Shown: piece by piece, positions 58,270-64,000 of the stretch
How the letters are laid out: each line of letters opens with the position of its first letter
Position numbering within the stretch: the stretch's first letter is position 1
Source of the DNA: an uncultured Candidatus Saccharibacteria bacterium
Lineage (GTDB): Bacteria > Patescibacteriota > Minisyncoccia > Phycocordibacterales > JAACPR01
Reading direction: 5' to 3'
DNA length: 64,000 bases
Assembly (NCBI GenBank): GCA_964618845.1
Contig: CAZUCU010000001.1
Span: 468-64,467, forward strand
Notes under the pieces: model-generated
Databases searched by the model: none
Seen by the model: only the letters and a program-made list of their open reading frames with translations
Told to the model about the DNA's origin: nothing
Position numbers and translations under genes: made by a program

Positions 58270-59367
58270 CTATCTTTTAGGAGGTAACTCTTCTTCTCTT
58301 TCAACTAAAATATCTTGGAATTTCTCTAAATTTTCAAGAATAATTCCAGTACCACGAGCAACGGCGGTCAATGACTCATTTGCCACATAAATTGGAATCT
58401 CAAGTTCTTGATTCAAAATCTCAGGAAGTCCTTTTAAAAGCGCACTACCACCAACTAAATAAATTCCCCGCTTCATAATATCAGACAAAATTTCTGGTGG
58501 AGTTGATTCCAATACTTCTTTGGCACCTTCAATAATAGAAACAACGGAGTGGGAAATTGCTTCTCTAATATCTGCATCAGTTACAATAACTTCTCGCGGA
58601 AGACCCGTGACTAAATCTCTACCTCTAATAGTCGTCTCTTCTGTATTTTTACCTGGTAAAACATTTCCTATAGCAATTTTAACATCCTCAGAGGTTTTTT
58701 CTCCGATCAAAATTTTAAATTCATTTCTTACATAATTCATTATATCATCATTAAATTTATCTCCTGCAATTTTTAAATTCTTTGATCTAACAATTCCCCC
58801 AAGAGAAATAACAGCAATATCTGTAGTGCCTCCACCAATATCAATTATCATATTCCCAACAGGATCAGAAATAGGTAGTTTAATACCAATGGCCGCCGCC
58901 ATAGACTCTTCAACAATATGTACTTCTCGAGCTCCAGCATTTAATGTGGCATCCCTGACTGCTCTTGATTCGACATTAGTTACTTCAGATGGCACCCCAA
59001 CAACAACTTTTGGACCAAAATAATTTTTGTTACCTTTTTGGGCTTTATTTATCAAATAATTTATCATTTCTTCGGTAACTTCAAAATCAGAAATAACCCC
59101 ATCAACAAGGGGTTTAATTGCCTCTATATGACCCGGGGTTCTACCAATCATTCTTTTGGCCTCTTCTCCAACAGCCACCACTTGACCAGTTTTGGTATTA
59201 ACTGCCACAACAGAAGGTTCATTTATAATTACCCCTTTATTTGGCACATAAACAAGCGTATTGGTTGTTCCCAAATCAATACCGATATTGCCAGAGAATA
59301 GGTTATAAAAATTCCCAACTCTGTTAATTAATCCCCTTATTTTCTTTCTCATATATTTACCAAACAT
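58270..59367 (-). CDS. mreB: Rod shape protein MreB
   Basis: [28 protein letters not shown]; start could be 59352. Confidence 0.97.
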   Translation of the reverse strand: MFGKYMRKKIRGLINRVGNFYNLFSGNIGIDLGTTNTLVYVPNKGVIINEPSVVAVNTKTGQVVAVGEEAKRMIGRTPGHIEAIKPLVDGVISDFEVTEEMINYLINKAQKGNKNYFGPKVVVGVPSEVTNVESRAVRDATLNAGAREVHIVEESMAAAIGIKLPISDPVGNMIIDIGGGTTDIAVISLGGIVRSKNLKIAGDKFNDDIMNYVRNEFKILIGEKTSEDVKIAIGNVLPGKNTEETTIRGRDLVTGLPREVIVTDADIREAISHSVVSIIEGAKEVLESTPPEILSDIMKRGIYLVGGSALLKGLPEILNQELEIPIYVANESLTAVARGTGIILENLEKFQDILVEREEELPPKR

Positions 59368-59431
59368 TTAGAATCTAAACATTTAGTAAATTTAAATATC
59401 TAAATGTCTATCTGTCTAAATGTCTAATTAC

Positions 59432-60685
59432 CTATACATTAAAATCACCCTCTACAATATCAAAAAAAGACTTATGTGTCATTTCTCCAGTTTTTCTATC
59501 TTTAACTTCAAAATTACCGTCTTCAATAGATCTTTTACTAACAACCACAGAATATGGTATACCAATCAAATCAGCATCATTAAACTTTTCGCCTGCCGAA
59601 ATATCTCTATCGTCAAATAAAACTTCTATATCGTTTGCCAGAAATCCTTCATACATTTTCTGTGCCTCTTCTATTACTTCCTTATCATTTTGGAGAGCAA
59701 TCAGATGAATTTGAAAAGGTGCAATTTCTTTTGGCCAAACAATTCCTTTGGCATCTGACAAAACTTCTACAATCGTTGCCATCAGTCTTCCAATACCTAT
59801 ACCATAACTTCCCATCCATGGATATTTTTCATTTCCTTCCCTATCTTTAAACTTTAAATTTTCAGCTTCTGCAAATTTTTGTCCTAATGAAAAAATATTT
59901 CCAACTTCAATGGTTTTTTTCTCCACTAAAGAAGTTTTATCAAGGTTAGCCTCTTTCAGATTTTCATCTGTCATAATATCTTTATTAATTCCTATCTTGG
60001 TTTGTTCATCAACATAAACCGTATCTTCTCCTGCTTCTGTTACGGTTTGAAATTCATGAGAATATTTTGAAAAAACACCACCACTTGCAAACACACAATA
60101 AGTCCTATCTCCAAGCCCAACTCTGTCAAAAATATTTATATAAGCTTTTTTGGCTCTTTCATAATATTCATCTTGTTCTTCTTTTGATTCACAATATGAA
60201 TATAAATCTTTCATTAAAAATTCACGACCGCGCATAAGCCCAGATTTAGCTCTAAGTTCATTTCGAAATTTTGTTTGAAATTGATAAACATAAATAGGTA
60301 AATCTTTATAAGAAGAGACGTGATCACGAAGCATATTGGAAATTGGTTCTTCGTGTGTAATTCCTAAACCAAGCTCAGTATCATTTTTTAATTTAGTTTT
60401 AAACCAAATATCTACTTTATTGTCATCCCATCTATCTGATGCTTTCCAAACTTCTGGGTTTTGTAAAGCTGTCATAGAAATTTCAACACCCCCAATTTCC
60501 TCCATTTCTTCTTTGATAATTTTTTTGATTTTTTCAAAAACTCTAACTCCAAGTGGCAAAAGAGCATAAACTCCTGCTAACTCCTTATGTATAAAACCGG
60601 CCCTAATTAATAATTGCGCATTTTGAGATGTTTCATCCTTTGGCACCTCCCTCCTCGTTTTTAAAAATAATTGACTGAATTTCAT
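59432..60685 (-). CDS. proS: Proline-tRNA ligase (no editing insertion)
   Basis: THEE, KFRNELR, REFLMKDLYS, EVGNIF, GSYGIG. Confidence 0.96.
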   Translation of the reverse strand: MKFSQLFLKTRREVPKDETSQNAQLLIRAGFIHKELAGVYALLPLGVRVFEKIKKIIKEEMEEIGGVEISMTALQNPEVWKASDRWDDNKVDIWFKTKLKNDTELGLGITHEEPISNMLRDHVSSYKDLPIYVYQFQTKFRNELRAKSGLMRGREFLMKDLYSYCESKEEQDEYYERAKKAYINIFDRVGLGDRTYCVFASGGVFSKYSHEFQTVTEAGEDTVYVDEQTKIGINKDIMTDENLKEANLDKTSLVEKKTIEVGNIFSLGQKFAEAENLKFKDREGNEKYPWMGSYGIGIGRLMATIVEVLSDAKGIVWPKEIAPFQIHLIALQNDKEVIEEAQKMYEGFLANDIEVLFDDRDISAGEKFNDADLIGIPYSVVVSKRSIEDGNFEVKDRKTGEMTHKSFFDIVEGDFNV

Positions 60686-60727
60686 ATAGAATATATTAAC
60701 ATACTAATAATTTAGTAAATATAAAGT

Positions 60728-61321
60728 TTATCTTTCCCATACAATATGTCCGTTTATATCATGTTTTTCGAAAGTTTTTAAAATATCTGCACAAAATTTT
60801 ATAAGTTCTTTATTTTTTTCAGTTTTGGCCAATTCATAAAGTCGTATAAACATTTTCTTTCCTGTTTCTGTCTGTTTAAAATTTTTCTTAATAAAATTAT
60901 GTTGAGAACATAAAGTTTGGCCGTTTTCAATTGTTGCTTCTCCACCGAAATCTTTAGATTTAATATGATCAATATGCAATTCAACTCCTTCTTTTTTACC
61001 TCTGCCACAAATAACACATTTATATCCGTCTCTCTTCAGAATTTCTGTTTTTTGAGAATATGTAAAATCTTCTAATTTCCTTAAGTGAGCTTTTTTAGGA
61101 TCATACTTATAAATTCCTTTCGCTACTTTAACCAAAAAACCATTTTGTGATAGTTTTCTAATCGCTCGATCTGGATCACGAAAAATCTTACCTGTCCGTT
61201 TCTTATATGTTGAAACTACCCAATCAACAACTTCGGGATGTTTTATATCCCTTTTAGGATTTGATTTAAAAAATTCGATTATTAAATCTTGTTGAATTAA
61301 ATTATTTTTGTCTTTTTTCAT
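60728..61321 (-). CDS. HNH endonuclease, probable type II restriction enzyme
   Basis: CVIC, LHIDHI, NGQTLCSQHN; 3 nt from the methyltransferase stop. Confidence 0.85.
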   Translation of the reverse strand: MKKDKNNLIQQDLIIEFFKSNPKRDIKHPEVVDWVVSTYKKRTGKIFRDPDRAIRKLSQNGFLVKVAKGIYKYDPKKAHLRKLEDFTYSQKTEILKRDGYKCVICGRGKKEGVELHIDHIKSKDFGGEATIENGQTLCSQHNFIKKNFKQTETGKKMFIRLYELAKTEKNKELIKFCADILKTFEKHDINGHIVWER

Positions 61322-61324
61322 AAA

Positions 61325-62173
61325 TTATTTTATTAAAATTTCTTGATTAATTTTTGCTTCTTCTTTTAAACGTGTTATAGCAATATCACAATATTTTCTA
61401 TCAATATCAATTCCAATTCCAATTCTATTATGTAAATATGAAGCAATAAGAGTTGAACCACTTCCCAAAAACGGATCCAAAATTGTGTCCCTTTCAAAAC
61501 TAAATAATTTTATACATCGTCTCGGCAACTCCACAGGAAAAGGTGACGGATGCCCACCCGCTCCTTTTTTATTTTGTCCGGGAAAAGTCCAGATACCATA
61601 TGTCCAATCTAAAAATTCTTTTTTAGTAATATCATTTATTCTACTGCCACCAGTTTTTTTCCAACTATCTTTATATAAAACCAATATTAATTCAACAGGA
61701 GCTATAACATAAGGAGCAGAAGCTGACATATAAGAACCCCAAGCAGTTCGACGAGAAATATTTCCTTCATTCCAAATAATAGTTGAATGATATTTCCAAC
61801 CAATATCTTTTGCAATTTTTGTTATATCTGCACCAACAGATTTTTGACCACCTTTATTTTTATCTAAAGGAATATTTAATAATAATCGCCCCTCGATTTT
61901 TGCCAAATCAAAACATTTTTTTATCCATTTTTTAGTAAACTCCAAATATTCTTCATATGAAAGATTATCATCATTAGAATTGTAATGAATATCGACATTG
62001 TAGGGTGGTGAAGTAACAATAAGATCAATCGATTCATTGGGAATAGATTTTATAGTTAAAATATCTTCATTGAAAATTTTAATATTTTTAGTCTCAAAAT
62101 AAGGCCTTCGAGTTAAAATTTTTGAATTTTTTATATTTTTTTTTACTATTTGCATTGATTGGTATTCTAACAT
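61325..62173 (-). CDS. Beta-class N4-cytosine (N4/N6) DNA methyltransferase
   Basis: TSPPYN precedes HPSPFP and DPFLGSG. Confidence 0.93.
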   Translation of the reverse strand: MLEYQSMQIVKKNIKNSKILTRRPYFETKNIKIFNEDILTIKSIPNESIDLIVTSPPYNVDIHYNSNDDNLSYEEYLEFTKKWIKKCFDLAKIEGRLLLNIPLDKNKGGQKSVGADITKIAKDIGWKYHSTIIWNEGNISRRTAWGSYMSASAPYVIAPVELILVLYKDSWKKTGGSRINDITKKEFLDWTYGIWTFPGQNKKGAGGHPSPFPVELPRRCIKLFSFERDTILDPFLGSGSTLIASYLHNRIGIGIDIDRKYCDIAITRLKEEAKINQEILIK

Positions 62174-62280
62174 GTATTATATATACCATAAACAACATTA
62201 AATTTTCATAAAAAAGTGATAAAGAATTGATTAAATAATCCTTAGTTATCCACACAATTATATGTATTATTAATAAAATA

Positions 62281-63351
62281 TTAAAATAACTTCCCTATAT
62301 CAGAAATTGTAATGACAATCATTAAAATCAATAGAATTGCAAAACCAACAAAGTTTAAAACATTCGCCACTTTTGGATTTATGTTTCTTCTGGTAAGAAC
62401 TTCAATCAAAATAAACAACAATCTTCCACCATCCAAAGCTGGGAACGGAAGTAAATTCAAAATTGCTAAATTCACAGAAATAAATGCGGTAAAAATAATT
62501 AAATTAACAATCCCAGATTTGGCAGCTTCCCCCACAAGTCCAACAATGCCTATCGGACCAGCAATATTTTCAAGTTTAGCTTCTCCAGAAAAAGCATCAA
62601 AAATTAAATTTTTGAGAGCAATTGTTGTTTCTTTAAGTGTATATCCGGTCATCAAAAATCCATGCCAGAAAGATTTAAAAACATTTGTTTTGGTATTTAC
62701 AACATCTTCCATATAAAAACCAACGACTTCCCCATCACTCGTCTTTAATTTTGAATTAATCGCCACATCACCCTTGGAAGTTTTAAGTAAAAACGGCACA
62801 TTATTATTTTTTATATTTTGCAAAGCATCAGAAGAGTTTTTAAAATAAATTTCATTGTTTCCTTTCACTAAACCTAAAATTTGATCACCCTTTTTTATTC
62901 CTAATCTTTCGGCTGGAGTATTTTCTTCAACAGAAATAACTTGAATTTTAGAATTTTCGTTATTAACAAAAGAAAAAGTATCCTTGGAAACATCAAAACC
63001 AATTACAAATGCAACTCCAAACAAAAACCAAGCAAAAAATATATTAAACATAACACCGGCAACCAAAACTGAAATTTGTGTAAACTTGGATTTATTTACA
63101 AAAGAATCTTTTGCATTTTTAGCCATTGATTCTTCGTCAGGGTTTTCTCCAAAAATTTTTACATACCCCCCAAAAGGGATAAAGTTAAGAGCATACCTTG
63201 TACCACCTTTAACCCAAGAGAAAATCCGAGGCGGAAAACCGATTGCAAATTCATCAACTCTTATTCCACTTTTCTTGGCTACTAAAAAATGTCCAAGTTC
63301 ATGAACAAAAATGAGTGCACCAAGTATTATGATAAAAATTATTACAGACAT
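62281..63351 (-). CDS. rseP: RseP/M50 intramembrane protease
   Basis: HELGH, PDZ, NLLPFPALDGG. Confidence 0.95.
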   Translation of the reverse strand: MSVIIFIIILGALIFVHELGHFLVAKKSGIRVDEFAIGFPPRIFSWVKGGTRYALNFIPFGGYVKIFGENPDEESMAKNAKDSFVNKSKFTQISVLVAGVMFNIFFAWFLFGVAFVIGFDVSKDTFSFVNNENSKIQVISVEENTPAERLGIKKGDQILGLVKGNNEIYFKNSSDALQNIKNNNVPFLLKTSKGDVAINSKLKTSDGEVVGFYMEDVVNTKTNVFKSFWHGFLMTGYTLKETTIALKNLIFDAFSGEAKLENIAGPIGIVGLVGEAAKSGIVNLIIFTAFISVNLAILNLLPFPALDGGRLLFILIEVLTRRNINPKVANVLNFVGFAILLILMIVITISDIGKLF

Positions 63352-63902
63352 TATGATCTAATTTCTTGTTCTTTTAATTTAAATTTACTATCTAACTCTT
63401 TTGTTTTTTCATCGACTAACTTTTGAATTTCATCTTTTTTTCTTTTTAAATCATCTTCAGACATTGCGCCTTCTTTCTCTAATTTTTCTAAAGATTTTAT
63501 AATATCCCCCCTTTCATTTCTAATAGAAATTTTAGCTTCTTCAGTTTTTTTGTGGGCCTGTTTTATAAGCTGTTCTCGAGTTTCTGATGTCAAATCTGGA
63601 AATTTAACTCGAACCCCTTCTGCATCTGTTAAAACAGAGACTCCAAGATCAGCCTTGGTAATAGCGCTTTCTATTGCTCTTACCAAACTTTTATCCCAAG
63701 ATAAAATTCTTATAGATTTTGAATCTTCTATATTAATGGAAGCCAATTGATTTATTGGGGATTTAGTTCCATAAGCTTCTACAACAATATCGTCCAATAA
63801 ATTAACTGTGGCTCGACCAGTTCTAATAGAAGAAAATTCTCTAACAAGCCAAACAACCACATCATCAAGCTTCTTTTTAAAAGTATTTATATCTGTATTC
63901 AT
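63351..63902 (-). CDS. frr: Ribosome recycling factor
   Basis: IRTGRA, VEAYG, ISIRNER. Confidence 0.96.
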   Translation of the reverse strand: MNTDINTFKKKLDDVVVWLVREFSSIRTGRATVNLLDDIVVEAYGTKSPINQLASINIEDSKSIRILSWDKSLVRAIESAITKADLGVSVLTDAEGVRVKFPDLTSETREQLIKQAHKKTEEAKISIRNERGDIIKSLEKLEKEGAMSEDDLKRKKDEIQKLVDEKTKELDSKFKLKEQEIRS

Positions 63903-64000
63903 AAGTAAATTTTAACAGAAAAGTCTATACATTCAAAGCAACAGTCTCAAGTAAAATTTTTATTGAGGCACCATTTAAATTTATATATTTTCTCGCATTC

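Noticed and set aside
746-63750. Many short antisense or alternate-frame ORFs in the track
   Set aside because: Shadows of well-supported genes, with no recognisable motifs
1-64000. Alternative genetic code, DGR, retron or intein
   Set aside because: Conserved genes are full length under code 11 with TGA used as stop; no reverse transcriptase or intein motifs

Overview
AT-rich bacterial chromosome segment. Gene content and style point to a Patescibacteria/CPR (Parcubacteria-like) genome; this is an inference from compact synthetases and CPR-type hypothetical proteins. The window is mostly housekeeping: mltG, mnmA, alaS, infA-rpsMKD-rpoA-rplQ-rplM-rpsI, grpE-dnaK-dnaJ, trpS, scpAB, mraY-ftsW-murG, gltX, cysS, dnaB, recR, rmuC, mraZ-rsmH-ftsL-ftsI-murF, lysS, greA, mreBC-mrdA, proS, rseP and frr. 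There are three accessory patches: about 18.7-22.1 kb (structured small transcript, orphan MazF/PemK toxin), about 41.6-48.3 kb (tRNA-Glu, a complete IS481-like element, ORFans) and 60.7-62.2 kb (methyltransferase plus HNH nuclease). The most notable unexplained signals are: (1) an antitoxin-less MazF gene faced by a strong convergent promoter driving a small hairpin RNA, a candidate RNA-antitoxin system; (2) a family of long hairpin elements whose internal-loop motifs are conserved but whose arms are not; (3) a highly structured ~220-nt transcription unit upstream of trpS; (4) pervasive leaderless promoter architecture; (5) several repeat families, some inserted in frame in essential genes. 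No CRISPR array, rRNA or reverse transcriptase was seen. All calls come from reading motifs by eye; no searches were run.
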